Below, piece after piece: positions 31,801 to 40,436 of a stretch of 62,276 nucleotides of DNA. The position numbers and the translations under genes were made by a program. Positions within the stretch are counted from its first letter, which is position 1; every line of letters starts with the position of its first letter. A model generated the notes under the pieces. It saw only the letters and a program-made list of their open reading frames with translations, was not told the origin of the DNA and did no database searches. This DNA comes from a virus. Its lineage: Duplodnaviria > Caudoviricetes. The stretch covers positions 1-62,276 of IMG/VR virus record IMGVR_UViG_3300032317_000090; one strand, 5' to 3'.

Positions 31801-33331
31801 CCGGCTTCAGAAGATCCTAAACGCCCAGCAATCCTCATTTGTGGGTGAAGCCAACGATAAGACCGGCCAACTGGCAAACACACTCAACCTTCTTAACGCC
31901 TTAAAGACCCTCAAGGTTCTCGGGAGCATTAAACAACTCGGGCAGGTATTCGGAGCCTATTTGGATTACTTCGCCCAGATGGCCGCATCGAGCATCCGAA
32001 ACCCGGCTGAAGCCGCCATGAGGATTCGAGTTCTCTCCGAGGAGGCCCTATCCGGCTCTGCTGAAATTGGCCCAGGCCAAGCCGTCCACGCCTACGGCCC
32101 GGAAAGGCAGGCGTTCATGGAAAAGCGTGGAACCAAGATCGAGGAGCGAGTTGGCCTCGCCGGTCGGACAGACGCCATTCAGGTTCTCAACGCTGGCGGC
32201 GCTCGCGGCGTCGGCTTCGAGGCGGATGCGAATCGGTTCATCCGCAATCAGATGAAGTGGATGGGCAAATACTCCGGGATCGGTCTTCAGGATCGCTTCT
32301 CCGCCGTCCAGCTATTCTTTGCCGAGATCCGCACCGAGCTATTCAAGGCCGGGATGAACTGGGAAAACCCCGACTGGACGTGGCTTGCTTCCGATGACGA
32401 ACAGGCCATGCGGATCGTGCAGGAGGCCGAGCGCCGTCTCGAATACAACATCAACTCTTCCTCCCTGGTGGAGAAAGCCCAGATCCTCCGCAATCACGGC
32501 GCTCTCTCCGCGCTGGCGCGGCTGGTTCTCTTCCCGTTGAGCAGTCACAAGCTCAACCAAGTCTCCCGGGTGATCGAGGCCGTAAAGACACTCAAAAAGA
32601 TGAACCGGATTGGAGCGTCACAAGCAGACATTGACGATGCCGTGGGCCAGCTTGCCGGTGCCATCACTCAGTCCGCAGTTTGGAGCGTCTACACCGCATG
32701 GTGGTCCTTCCTTGTGATTACTGCTTTCGGCCATCTTCTCACCGGAGGGGAAAAAGACCCGGAACGGAAGCGCAAGAAGAGAGAGGCCGTCGCGAAGTCC
32801 GTCCGGACCTCCGCTGGTATCATCATCGACCCGAAGACACTCAAGCCAACAGCGGTTGAGCCAAGCTGGCTCCTGGCCCGGATGTCCCAAGATGCCCTTG
32901 CATGGAGCTTCCCCTTTCTTTGGGGGAACGAGATTGGATCGACCGTCGGAAACGAGTTGATCGACGCAGGCTTCCCGATTCTCGACCAAGGCGCAAGCCT
33001 CGTTGGCGTGGGCCATCACGCTCACAAATCCTACTTGGAAGGGCGCGGAGCAGATCGGAGTCTCACCCCGGAGCAACGCCAAGCGGCCCGGGATGAACTC
33101 AAGAACCTTGGAGAGATCCGCAAGCTGGCCGTTCGTGTCGGGCCGGAAACCGGGATCATGGCCGCCGACTTCCTCGTGGAGCTTGGCGACGCCGGAGTCT
33201 CGACCGTCGAAGGGATCATCGACAACGGAGTGGACATAGGGGATTTCGATCAGTGGATTGGAATGGCCTTGACTCCCATCGAAGGGGACAGGTTTGTCCG
33301 GTTGAAAGACAAGCTCGACAAGATCAAGTGA
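25859..33331 (+). CDS. Large polyvalent internal virion protein (LPD23-like plus zincin metallopeptidase-like domains)
   Basis: 2490 aa; TGWFVGPDGKLRYEIPD, HPELLAAYPE, MIHEIQHWIQ, GEWEARD; second degenerate EEVVH...EFAAN. Confidence 0.75.
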   Translation: MDPDTEEPSLSSSDFDAIVTPSEEWKAADTKTRLAAIREFSQALIDGLPPAVLEDDEALGVFNERLDAWRNKRIEAELPSLMESLPERMAQSWDQFQFGRSGEDVVDAMRALKRSRENPPDPEKPLTIQQQYDAEQAGPEEVLGAALREAVEIKGRMNERLPTKGMFKFQSLNSDKYWSQTSLFELASLSATAALESSVSSAPSSAAGLAGFAVGSLAGGAGGPAGAAAASGAVSYGNEFNQYFMSELFKSSDGSELTEAQVRQRLKDDTFYGKLVADAHTHAMATAGIEGAMNLVGGAAAGKILGKESAKFGLKEAGKTLAAAGAETTADIIGGAGGAAGAIGALGGDVTSEASRKEITLEGLGELQGGTNASVTIGSTIGKLLSPVKATKPGAQAPAPGAPQTPPGSPAPKPNSAYAPPPGYVPPSMKRRPHSVNDPIDIEADVSRVPADSRSIPGGQQPRLPGGTPVNPSALPAPAPAQEEEVEPDPEDALRTAALDALNDAGMELFVPSDGRDLTPGTAVHIAPKTAKAIGFPVVPGSTGLMAQVTRSNPDGTVEVLNNGKRRVLSPSDFSGENVVVVGAIADPEFADEIVEEPDAQSDAFKAVSPDEVAETDEEAAAAQSKAAASRKPPATSKAKKSGPIPAASPEPNPEPNQSVTQDEETNQGNQSPLVEQPQHTAPAPVASPAPQPAVKIPEADPSVAAPIAPKRQVNPGIRKINARRRGQAEAFKDSPIIQAIRQKGFIKSKTTAKAQTGKVHGEYDATPKFQPQEATLLFDKELGQNPADMAHSIFYDEDTAGLLSAPTAEALWDAVAQAQRDSVAAGTREAEEDARLLRMEQWDLAANKEGKATVRGGDLAVGDKIKVGGRELRVGNVFEDGSLVLEGAEEYYGNPVVGENETITIDRAVFKAPSVESFTPEEMAADTARRARAAKAKAKAKKSHALLKGAKPVSKKPPGGKKMGSYAGVNSIIPEQIQNSLQTAIALMDGMQEAGFQDVSKAIRQLTGWFVGPDGKLRYEIPDNNFTVTLPEIGGIQVPGSYPFKSIVSHPELLAAYPEIANTTVEVFHSVKADASISRDGKVIRIATGQRSVTTRRMMIHEIQHWIQIHEGFAMGGTKDDFIRTIQPLFTAEEEQAVFELEELNDTSPGGLTAQEADLLRRFYEAGRDRAAYLKYRDIAGEWEARDIEARLLMDELERHMTDPYSSEAIPDGGLLFFEPGGAINSSPGFDNEHEQITLDDLIDALRQDGDINPANEADALILEIQASPAMRSVMDAVEVRPASTPFFSVDADGTPVIGLPMGPDATANPSAIKEEVVHAVIAPQLEANPALRKEVASARKDSIATLPKALASAVKVFAARPDASNDFKGRLQSRSAESVSERIAQALSPNGTSPSAVREVASNIDAVAGTYGMSDDEAANLIYSLLSDHEFAANVMSDPAVQSFAQDIQSGGRSVWERIMAVLRRLFGIAGGKKMQTAFDRTVAAARSAVRSRTAAAADHRGREILSRDGITLNSSKAKAPNPTTHPARHAAWRARWEGRVRNAAIMATTTLTTHRLYGRTPVVTRRINETVAACRSIISQIPTLTDKELQDFTDVVADYFRTGDDKHLTRLAWKIEVLNLNRKVESSNRAAGFRKPEDYGLLTTGYDKEDLSPVGNLLQNLIATAPALTTMLRTRKHRDVILGQLLNKWLVDGVHATNRENIRYEQMRDALGVSSGIMRSNGTLAIDINEQIDLLVAQLTAQFPREVDGLPVDVATQRRYMLDTIEQDARAFELEAAGIRRKGNQEISGAKARLFEANVAHIERVAARLREVQRMCVAMGPNAQPAAMVTAIDSILTPRTAAFLKGIRAYFGTKADEINYQMALVHGVPFASYHNYIPRPNRAKESARGQIDLATDNKSFAAPAMALASPIRSRAGSTYLRFGYDPENRTPVADPFEAIDAAAHRTINDFNTYKDRNLIGAVVQGERFAAVVGPENAARLQKILNAQQSSFVGEANDKTGQLANTLNLLNALKTLKVLGSIKQLGQVFGAYLDYFAQMAASSIRNPAEAAMRIRVLSEEALSGSAEIGPGQAVHAYGPERQAFMEKRGTKIEERVGLAGRTDAIQVLNAGGARGVGFEADANRFIRNQMKWMGKYSGIGLQDRFSAVQLFFAEIRTELFKAGMNWENPDWTWLASDDEQAMRIVQEAERRLEYNINSSSLVEKAQILRNHGALSALARLVLFPLSSHKLNQVSRVIEAVKTLKKMNRIGASQADIDDAVGQLAGAITQSAVWSVYTAWWSFLVITAFGHLLTGGEKDPERKRKKREAVAKSVRTSAGIIIDPKTLKPTAVEPSWLLARMSQDALAWSFPFLWGNEIGSTVGNELIDAGFPILDQGASLVGVGHHAHKSYLEGRGADRSLTPEQRQAARDELKNLGEIRKLAVRVGPETGIMAADFLVELGDAGVSTVEGIIDNGVDIGDFDQWIGMALTPIEGDRFVRLKDKLDKIK

Positions 33332-35207
33332 AGTCGGCGGCGATGATGATTTCCCCATAGGGATCATCTCCGCCCTTCTTGCCTAGGATTCGCGAGCGAG
33401 TCTCCGGTGTGTTGTGCCGCCCGGTAGCTACGAGGCCCCGGGTGCGAGCAACCTCGCAGAGATAGGCCAGTGAGTCCCCATGGTCGGGAGATTTTCCGGA
33501 GCCGGGGACGCCGCCGCGCCCATTCTTCATCTCCTTCTTGGTCTCGATGCTGACCATGTTCGCGGTCTTGTGATAATACTTTCGGGTAAAGAAGTCCCTA
33601 GCGTACGCTTCTCCGCTACTCCACCCGCGAATCGTGCCGGTAATTACCAGGGTGCGAACGCGCATCCAGAGTTCCGTCACTTTCCGGTCGTAGACGTCGC
33701 AGCAAGGCCGCAAGTCTTCCGCGCTCACCACGTCCCGGGAAGGCTTCTCCATGGAGGAGATCGCCAGGAAGGCCGCCGTTCCCCACTCGATAGCGATTGC
33801 CCGAAACAGGGTGCCGCCGTCGGCGGAAATGTCCATGCCGAAACAGGCTGGAAGGACGCCATTCGCCCTACAAATCTCGACAACCTGTTTCGCGATCGAG
33901 GTTTTGTAATCAACCCCGGCCTCAGCGTAAAGCTCAATGCTCCCGGCGATCTGAAGGATGCGCTTCCCGGTCCTCATCTCCCACCCGAGAATGCCGAGCG
34001 TGAGGACGGCGGAGTCTCCAGTGCCAGTGAAGGCCGGATCGAGAGAAGCGATAGCCTCGCGCATCCGTGGACCCCAGATGGCATCCTCGCGAGCGTAGAG
34101 CGGCACGTCGCTATCCGTAAGGACAGTCAAGTCAGAGTCTCCACCTTCGACGTACTCGCCAACACACATGGCCCCGAATGCCGCAGACTTCGCGCCCTTC
34201 TCCCACCCCTGGCCGCCGGAGAGCGCGATAGCTTCCCGGCGCATACCAATATGGTTGGACAGGTAGGGAAAGGGTAGCTCAGACTTCTCTTTGGCTCTGA
34301 GCAACTCCGGGTGCATGTTCGGAGAGCGCCATCCGGACAGGAACACGCAGATTCCCCCGCGCTTTGTGCGCCACCTACCACCGTAGACCTGATTGTAGCT
34401 GTTGTGGCCGCTCCAGCCGTGGACGGGAGCGCAGGCGTCCCGGTGGGGATTGCGGCCGGGCTTGGCGTTGCCTAGGCCCAGAAGCTTGAATTGCTCATTT
34501 GAGCTTCTCAGGTTGGCAATCGGGTAACTCAGAATATCGAGCGCCAAGTGGGGCAACTCATCGACTATCCAGACTACGAGTTTATTTTTGATTCCAATCA
34601 AAGCTTCCGCCGCATTCATTCCGTCGTTTCCACGGGGTAGAAGGACGATGGCGATTCCGTTTTTGATGGCCGTCGAACTTCGGTCCTTCTTGCCGGTCAA
34701 TTCGTAAGTCTCATCGAGCGTGAGGACGTGATCGTAATCAATGATCCGGCCCACGGAGAACTTCGCGGACGTATGAAGCGATTTCACGGCGTCCCAGGTT
34801 CGTTTCTCCGCCCCGCTCCCGCTCGTGGACGAGATCATGATCGAGGTTTTCGATGGGTTGGAGTAGAACAGCATGAGGGCCAGAGCCGCCGCGCCGTAAG
34901 TCTTGGCGCTCGATGCCGGGCCGGTCACGATAACCTCATCCTCCACCGGATCGAGGAACGGCTCCCAAACGGCCTGGACGTATTCGTTGCGATACCACTT
35001 CCCATTGAGCGGAGCCTTGCGTTCAAAGGCGAATTGCTCCGGAGCCCAGATGCCACGGGCTGCCCGCTCAGCGTGAATGTGGGAGTCCTGAAGAAGCGGA
35101 TACTTTCTCCGGCCAGCAAGAGTCATGGCCGCCCGCATTGCCTTCAATTCGAGGGCAGCGGGCGGCAATTCGGCCAGGGCGGCGGGCAATCCGTAGGTGT
35201 CGCTCAA
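33324..35207 (-). CDS. terL: Terminase large subunit
   Basis: Walker A GPASSAKT, Walker B IVDE, nuclease LDPAFTG...D and SPDHGDSLAY. Confidence 0.85.
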   Translation of the reverse strand: MSDTYGLPAALAELPPAALELKAMRAAMTLAGRRKYPLLQDSHIHAERAARGIWAPEQFAFERKAPLNGKWYRNEYVQAVWEPFLDPVEDEVIVTGPASSAKTYGAAALALMLFYSNPSKTSIMISSTSGSGAEKRTWDAVKSLHTSAKFSVGRIIDYDHVLTLDETYELTGKKDRSSTAIKNGIAIVLLPRGNDGMNAAEALIGIKNKLVVWIVDELPHLALDILSYPIANLRSSNEQFKLLGLGNAKPGRNPHRDACAPVHGWSGHNSYNQVYGGRWRTKRGGICVFLSGWRSPNMHPELLRAKEKSELPFPYLSNHIGMRREAIALSGGQGWEKGAKSAAFGAMCVGEYVEGGDSDLTVLTDSDVPLYAREDAIWGPRMREAIASLDPAFTGTGDSAVLTLGILGWEMRTGKRILQIAGSIELYAEAGVDYKTSIAKQVVEICRANGVLPACFGMDISADGGTLFRAIAIEWGTAAFLAISSMEKPSRDVVSAEDLRPCCDVYDRKVTELWMRVRTLVITGTIRGWSSGEAYARDFFTRKYYHKTANMVSIETKKEMKNGRGGVPGSGKSPDHGDSLAYLCEVARTRGLVATGRHNTPETRSRILGKKGGDDPYGEIIIAADFT

Positions 35208-35482
35208 AACGGGATGTCGTCTTCTTCAGGATTCGGTGCCGGTTGCGCCGGGGGCGTCGGGCCGTCATCCTCAAGATCGTTCTGCGGCGGGCGGGCCTGC
35301 TTTGGCTTAACGGAAAGCGAGAGGAATTTCCCGGAGCCGTCTTTTTTCTCCTTGATCCAACCCTTTATCCAAAAGTCAACCCCCTCAACATTGAGGTTTC
35401 CCTCGTAGTCCGGGTGAGTGTCCTGTTTTTTCTCCTTCTGACGAAAGAGAACTCCGCGATTTGTGTTGTCGTATTCTGCCAT
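35204..35482 (-). CDS. SSB-like protein
   Basis: MAEYDNTNRG...HPDYEG...W...FLSLSVKPK and acidic EEDDIPF tail. Confidence 0.75.
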   Translation of the reverse strand: MAEYDNTNRGVLFRQKEKKQDTHPDYEGNLNVEGVDFWIKGWIKEKKDGSGKFLSLSVKPKQARPPQNDLEDDGPTPPAQPAPNPEEDDIPF

Positions 35483-35486
35483 AACC

Positions 35487-36494
35487 TTATAAGCTAAGTT
35501 TTCCAGCCTTAAAAGCCTCGTCAATGTCCAGGCCATCCGGCAGTTGAAGGCGTCGCACCTTGCAGCGTACGCGCTCAAGCTGGCTGGCGATCCGGGTTGC
35601 CGCCGAGCAACCGGCGTGATCGTAATCGAATCCGAGCGTCACGTCCTTCCCTGAAAGCATAGTTAATTCCCAATCGGGAATCAAGTAACTCGCATTCGGA
35701 ATGGCTATAACCCGCCCGAGATTCAGCCCGCCCGCCGCGTCAAGCTCCATCATCCGTAAGGCGTCGGTTTCGCCCTCCGTCATGAAGATGTTGTGCTCCT
35801 TCACTGGTTCGAGCTTGCCGCCACGAGCCGGGCCGTTCCACAGGGTTGCCTTGGTCAGTCCGTAGTTCCAGAGCCATTTGATTCGCCGCTCTCCTGACGT
35901 GCGCCATCGGCATTTAACGCCCCACCCATAGACGAAGCAGAGCGCCCGAGACTTCGGCCAGTCGATTCCATCACTCCCGGAGGATGGCCGGTCGAACTTC
36001 GGGAACTCCACGACCCCCAGGATTCCATCAAGACAGGCCGCCTGAAGCGTACTGAGTTGATAATCACGCTGAGTTGCCATAATTGGTAGCAATTCGGACT
36101 TCCACCCGTCGGCGCAAACCTGAGTCATCAACCGCAGTTGATACTCATCGAGATCCGGCGGGCGTGGCCGCGATGGTTTTGGCGTGTCCCGTGGCTTGTA
36201 GGCGAGGTGTTCCGGCTTGAGATCCTTGTGCTTCCCGGCCAGAAGCGCAAAAGAATCCTTGTAGGTTCGCCCAGTAGCCATTGCATAAAACATCACCGCA
36301 TCTCCGGCCCACCCGGTTTCACCCCGGCGAGCGTAGTCGCAATAGCCCATGCCGCACTTCCAGACCACAAGGGAAGGGTGAATATCCTCACGCCACGGAA
36401 CATTGGTTCGCCGCCCGGCGCGGAAATCTCCGTTCAACTTTAGCGCGGAGGCGACCTCTTCAATCGTGAGCATATCGACGAGCCCGACTTCCAT
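35487..36494 (-). CDS. DNA primase (degenerate Zn-finger plus Toprim)
   Basis: PWREDIHPS...GDAV; TEGETDAL; FDYDHAG; DIDE. Confidence 0.85.
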   Translation of the reverse strand: MEVGLVDMLTIEEVASALKLNGDFRAGRRTNVPWREDIHPSLVVWKCGMGYCDYARRGETGWAGDAVMFYAMATGRTYKDSFALLAGKHKDLKPEHLAYKPRDTPKPSRPRPPDLDEYQLRLMTQVCADGWKSELLPIMATQRDYQLSTLQAACLDGILGVVEFPKFDRPSSGSDGIDWPKSRALCFVYGWGVKCRWRTSGERRIKWLWNYGLTKATLWNGPARGGKLEPVKEHNIFMTEGETDALRMMELDAAGGLNLGRVIAIPNASYLIPDWELTMLSGKDVTLGFDYDHAGCSAATRIASQLERVRCKVRRLQLPDGLDIDEAFKAGKLSL

Positions 36495-37372
36495 CAGATT
36501 ACGTCCTCTTCGGCTGGTGCTGGTGCTGGCCGCTCATCGACCCAATCAGGCTTGCTCAGTGTGGCATCCCAGCGAAGGTGGAACTTGGCCGCGACCTGCT
36601 TAATGGCCGTCCATCCCTGGATTTGATGCGGCTTACTCAGCTTGGCATCGGTCCGATACTTGACGAAGGATTCAACAATGCCCCGGAAGTCGTCAATCGT
36701 GCGAGCTTCCGAAAGGTCTTGAAACATCGGCGGCGGCATGATGAACGGCGGCTCTTCCTCAGCTGGTGCCGTGGCGGCGGGAGCCGGGGCCGGTTCCTCC
36801 TTCTTGGCTGGCGCTGCCGCTGGCTTGGCTGGTGCTGGTTTGTTGGCGGGAGGCAACTTTGGTTCCTTCCGTTGTTGTTCGGCAACAGGTTCCTCGTCAA
36901 CGTGCAAATCCCCCTTGTGCCACAAGTCCAAGGCGCAACCGAAGCGCATGGCGGCATTGCGCAAGGCGTCCCCAATCCGCTCCTTCATGGCGTCTCCGCC
37001 TGTTTTTCCGGCGGCATCGCCCACGCCCTCAACCGTCTTATCGCAGACGGTCAACTTGATCCAAAGCAGGCCATCCTTTGGGTCGATCATAGGGAGTCCG
37101 TTGGCGTCCCTTGCTGACGGCTCCCAGTTCCAAAAGGGATCGACCTCAAGAAGCCGGTCGGTCAATGCCGCATGACCGACATAATCAAGATGCACCGCAC
37201 TCCGGTGGTGCCAACCCTTGCAAATCGGGCAGTTGATTCCCAATTTGGGATCAGCCTTGCGAGCGTCGGCTTGCTGCTTTGACTCCTTTGGAAGCTTGGA
37301 AATCTGGTTGGGAGGGAATGGGGCGCGAAGCGCTTTGAATCCAGCCTGTTGCTCAGCGGTTAGTTTTTGCAT
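36494..37372 (-). CDS. Rad52/Sak-like single-strand annealing protein
   Basis: LDYVGHAALTDRLLEVDP...KERIGDALRNAAMRFGCALDLW; start likely MQKLT. Confidence 0.85.
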   Translation of the reverse strand: MQKLTAEQQAGFKALRAPFPPNQISKLPKESKQQADARKADPKLGINCPICKGWHHRSAVHLDYVGHAALTDRLLEVDPFWNWEPSARDANGLPMIDPKDGLLWIKLTVCDKTVEGVGDAAGKTGGDAMKERIGDALRNAAMRFGCALDLWHKGDLHVDEEPVAEQQRKEPKLPPANKPAPAKPAAAPAKKEEPAPAPAATAPAEEEPPFIMPPPMFQDLSEARTIDDFRGIVESFVKYRTDAKLSKPHQIQGWTAIKQVAAKFHLRWDATLSKPDWVDERPAPAPAEEDVI

Positions 37373-37409
37373 AGAAGCGTGAAAGCGTGATTGATTAAAT
37401 GCGTGAAAG

Positions 37410-37919
37410 TCAGGAGAAGCGAACGTGAGTTCCGCGAGGCTCCTCTGCGACGCCGGGGATGGCAATCCCAATCTTCAGCCAGTGGCGGATTTCGTCGGTG
37501 TCCGGCGTCCGCACAATCTTGAAGAACGCGCCCGGCAACTCCTTTTCGTCGATCTTGAGCGGCACAACGCCGCCGTTATTCTGAATCGCCACGGAAACGA
37601 GCTTTCCGACGTGCTTTGACCGTCCCATGGTTCCCAGGAGTCCACGGCAAAGGTGCTTCATTCGCGTCTCAGTGTTGTCGCACGTTTCGGCCAGCCTTGC
37701 CAGCCGGTCACGCTCCGCCTTAATGCCCTCACCTCGACGTTTGGCTTGGATGCCAATCCGGGCGAGGCTCTCAAGCATTGACTCGATACTCCCGATCTTG
37801 TCCCGATAGACGCAAAGCGCCTCATCCTTGTCCTCATCGGTGATTTCCTCATCCATGAGGATCGCTTCAAGCTCGGTAAGATCTGGCCCTAACATCAGCA
37901 AATCAGCTACTTTTCCCAT
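37410..37919 (-). CDS. Siphovirus Gp157-family protein
   Basis: IKAERDRLARL...IQNNGG...ELPGAFF...PDTDEIR...IPGVAEEPRGTHVR. Confidence 0.85.
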   Translation of the reverse strand: MGKVADLLMLGPDLTELEAILMDEEITDEDKDEALCVYRDKIGSIESMLESLARIGIQAKRRGEGIKAERDRLARLAETCDNTETRMKHLCRGLLGTMGRSKHVGKLVSVAIQNNGGVVPLKIDEKELPGAFFKIVRTPDTDEIRHWLKIGIAIPGVAEEPRGTHVRFS

Positions 37920-37954
37920 GGGGATACTATTAACACGTATTCAAGCAAAGGCAA
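37920..37954 (-). promoter_or_regulatory. GTGT-type promoter, probably leaderless
   Basis: TTGCCT-16-TAATAGT-ATCCCC-ATG. Confidence 0.6.
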
Positions 37955-37981
37955 CAACAAAACCTTGAAATCAAGCGGACT

Positions 37982-38824
37982 ATGCCTCATCTTTCGGCTA
38001 TGTCACCTATTACTGCTCCGGCCCCGCAAGCGAGGCCACCCCACCCGGCGGACATGGCCCGCACTGATGCTGAAGCTCGCGGAATGACCGGCCCAGCCGA
38101 GGCACCCGCCAACCTCAAGCCGTCGGACGATGAAATCCGAAGCATTATGGCACCACGCCACCCGAACGCTTCGATTTCCCTTCCCGCCAATCTCCCGCCA
38201 ACCTCCGCCAATCTCAACGCCGCGCCCGATGCCCGCGCCGCCGCCGCCGGGGACTCCCTTCCGGGCCGCCGGTTGAGCGAAGACGAGCAACGCTACATCG
38301 AGAGCAACCAACCGGCACCACTTCCGCCGGTCGGGAGTGTGGCCCAGCCGCCAGCCGTAGCGCCACAGCGCTCACTACAGACGGAGCCCGTCGATGCGCC
38401 CGCCGAAGGTTACATCCCTAGCATCTACCGAGTAGAAGAGGTCGCCCGCGCATTGTTTGTCAGCGGCGAGACTGCTTATTATTCGTTCGCCCGCGCTAAG
38501 CTTTTTGACGAAGCGTTCCAGGCATTCGCCGCCGACGCTTACGAGAAAATGAAGTCCAGCGTCGGGATTGCTCTGGATCAAAGCTGTGCCCAGGAAGCCG
38601 CGACTGTCGCAGAGGCTCCGGCACCGGCTCCGGCCGCCGAGACTCCGCGCCGAGGCCGCCGGACGAAAGCCGAAATCGCCGCCGCGAATGCCGCCGCCGC
38701 CGGGGTCGTCGAAACGGAAACCCCCGAGCCGCTGGCCGCCGAGCCCGCCGCCGAACTCCCCCTCGAAGAGGCTGAGGAGCCGGTGAATCTCGACGGGGAC
38801 GCCGCCGAAAATGACCTCATCTGA
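37982..38824 (+). CDS. Low-complexity Pro/Ala/Glu-rich protein
   Basis: Long ORF with phage-like codon usage; RRGRRTKAEI motif; start may be 38000. Confidence 0.6.
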   Translation: MPHLSAMSPITAPAPQARPPHPADMARTDAEARGMTGPAEAPANLKPSDDEIRSIMAPRHPNASISLPANLPPTSANLNAAPDARAAAAGDSLPGRRLSEDEQRYIESNQPAPLPPVGSVAQPPAVAPQRSLQTEPVDAPAEGYIPSIYRVEEVARALFVSGETAYYSFARAKLFDEAFQAFAADAYEKMKSSVGIALDQSCAQEAATVAEAPAPAPAAETPRRGRRTKAEIAAANAAAAGVVETETPEPLAAEPAAELPLEEAEEPVNLDGDAAENDLI

Positions 38825-39491
38825 ACGAGCGCAGGAAATCACGCTCGCCTCATCCATTGACGCCAGGGATGAGGCGGGCCTTTCCGTCATCCATTCGACC
38901 AACCGGCGCGAGAACGTGGTTGCGCAGCTTGGAACAAGGAGGGACGGCAAGCCACCCCTTTCGTGGGCCATCAAGGCGCTTGCCTGTCAGCTTTGGCTAG
39001 AGGGGCATACGCACCGGGCCATTGCCCTTGAAATAGGCCAGACGCCGGTTGCTGTCGAAAGCTGGGCGAACCGCTACAAGTGGGGCAAGTTGGCGAAGGC
39101 CGCCGGACTTACTCGGAACCGGCCCACGGTAGACATCCACGAAAGCGTGATTGCGATTCGCGACAAGATCGAGCGTGGCGACCTTGCCCTTGCTTCGATG
39201 TTCGTCCCGGACTTCGCGCAGGCCGCCGAGGACTTCAAGGACTGGCGCATGAACGCCGTTCAGGGTTTAACTCAACGCTTCGATGAGCTTCAGGCCCAGG
39301 ACACGCCGGAAACGCAGGTCAATGAGGAGACTGGCGAAGAGGAGCCTATGGACCCGCGAGCTCAACTCGAGTTCGACGCCAAGCTGGCCAAGTCAATTGC
39401 CGCCATCGGCAAGGATGCTTTCGGGGCGGTCGGCGCGACCGGCGGAGGCGGAAAACAGAATATCGCGATCTTCCTCGACATCGACGTTTGA
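38811..39491 (+). CDS. HTH protein, candidate terminase small subunit
   Basis: HRAIALEIGQTPVAVESWANRYKW HTH followed by helical region. Confidence 0.5.
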   Translation: MTSSERAQEITLASSIDARDEAGLSVIHSTNRRENVVAQLGTRRDGKPPLSWAIKALACQLWLEGHTHRAIALEIGQTPVAVESWANRYKWGKLAKAAGLTRNRPTVDIHESVIAIRDKIERGDLALASMFVPDFAQAAEDFKDWRMNAVQGLTQRFDELQAQDTPETQVNEETGEEEPMDPRAQLEFDAKLAKSIAAIGKDAFGAVGATGGGGKQNIAIFLDIDV

Positions 39492-39580
39492 GATGGAGAA
39501 GGGGACGAGCGCCCACCCGGACGCCGCCCCCTTCAGCCATGAAGAAACGTGAAACAATAGAGATTAACACCGGACCCACA

Positions 39581-39784
39581 TCAAGTCAACGCGAGGTGCA
39601 GAAAAAGCGCATCAATCTCAGTGACCAGCAAAGCGTAATCCGGCTCAGTGGCCCGGAAGTTTTCGACGAAGGCCCGGCACCGGGCTTTCAATCGGTGATC
39701 GTCCGGCAGTAACTCCGCCCGGTTCAGGATCAAGGCGGCCCGAGAAATCCCGGGCCGCCATTCCATCCACTTAATTTTCTTCAT
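39581..39784 (-). CDS. Hypothetical protein
   Basis: ATGA-coupled to upstream minus-strand gene. Confidence 0.5.
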   Translation of the reverse strand: MKKIKWMEWRPGISRAALILNRAELLPDDHRLKARCRAFVENFRATEPDYALLVTEIDALFLHLALT

Positions 39785-40014
39785 GCCGGTTCCAGCGAGC
39801 GAGCGTAAAATCTCATTCTGGTTGCCCTGACGGTGCCGAAATTGATCTCGACCTCGTAAACCTCACCGGGTTGGAGCGGCTCAACGCCGCCGAACTCGAT
39901 AGGCTCCGGCGTGGAAATCCCCACGACTGTTGCCAGGAAGCCGCCGACAATTGGAATATTGGCGGAGACTCTGACGGTTTGATTGATGGTGAATGTCACG
40001 GGGTAGAATCTCAT
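39781..40014 (-). CDS. Hypothetical protein
   Basis: ATGA overlaps at both ends. Confidence 0.6.
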   Translation of the reverse strand: MRFYPVTFTINQTVRVSANIPIVGGFLATVVGISTPEPIEFGGVEPLQPGEVYEVEINFGTVRATRMRFYARSLEPA

Positions 40015-40400
40015 GGAAGGGAAAGCGCGACTTGGAAATATTTACGCTCACGCTTTTTAGTAGTGACTCGCTCCCAATCGGAGCAACGCCACTCCCAACC
40101 CTTACCACGGGGCCGCTTGATTGTCTCGGTTCGGATTTCGCACCGGGCGACAATCGTGAACGACTGGTAGTGTCGCGCGTTAGCCTTGTAATCCATAAGC
40201 CTAAGCTCAACGCAATCGACCATTTCCCCGTCGCCATTCGGGCGCGGCTCAACCTTCCAGTCGAGTATTTGATACTCACCGGAGAGCCCGTAGCTGGCCG
40301 GGAAGAAGGCTACCCGGCGAACAATCTCCGGTTTATCGTGCATGGCGTAAGCCATGAAGCAGAATTCGCCGGACTCAGTAACTCTGGAAACGTCTTTCAT
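40011..40400 (-). CDS. Hypothetical protein
   Basis: Preceded by tandem TCACGCT; coupled downstream. Confidence 0.6.
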   Translation of the reverse strand: MKDVSRVTESGEFCFMAYAMHDKPEIVRRVAFFPASYGLSGEYQILDWKVEPRPNGDGEMVDCVELRLMDYKANARHYQSFTIVARCEIRTETIKRPRGKGWEWRCSDWERVTTKKRERKYFQVALSLP

Positions 40401-40436
40401 AATAACCGTAATGCTAAGCGTGATTTCAAGCGTGAA

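Noticed and set aside
39488-39712. Plus-strand 74-aa ORF
   Set aside because: It overlaps a GAAGGGG/CCCCTTC hairpin and a better-coupled minus-strand ORF (39581-39784)
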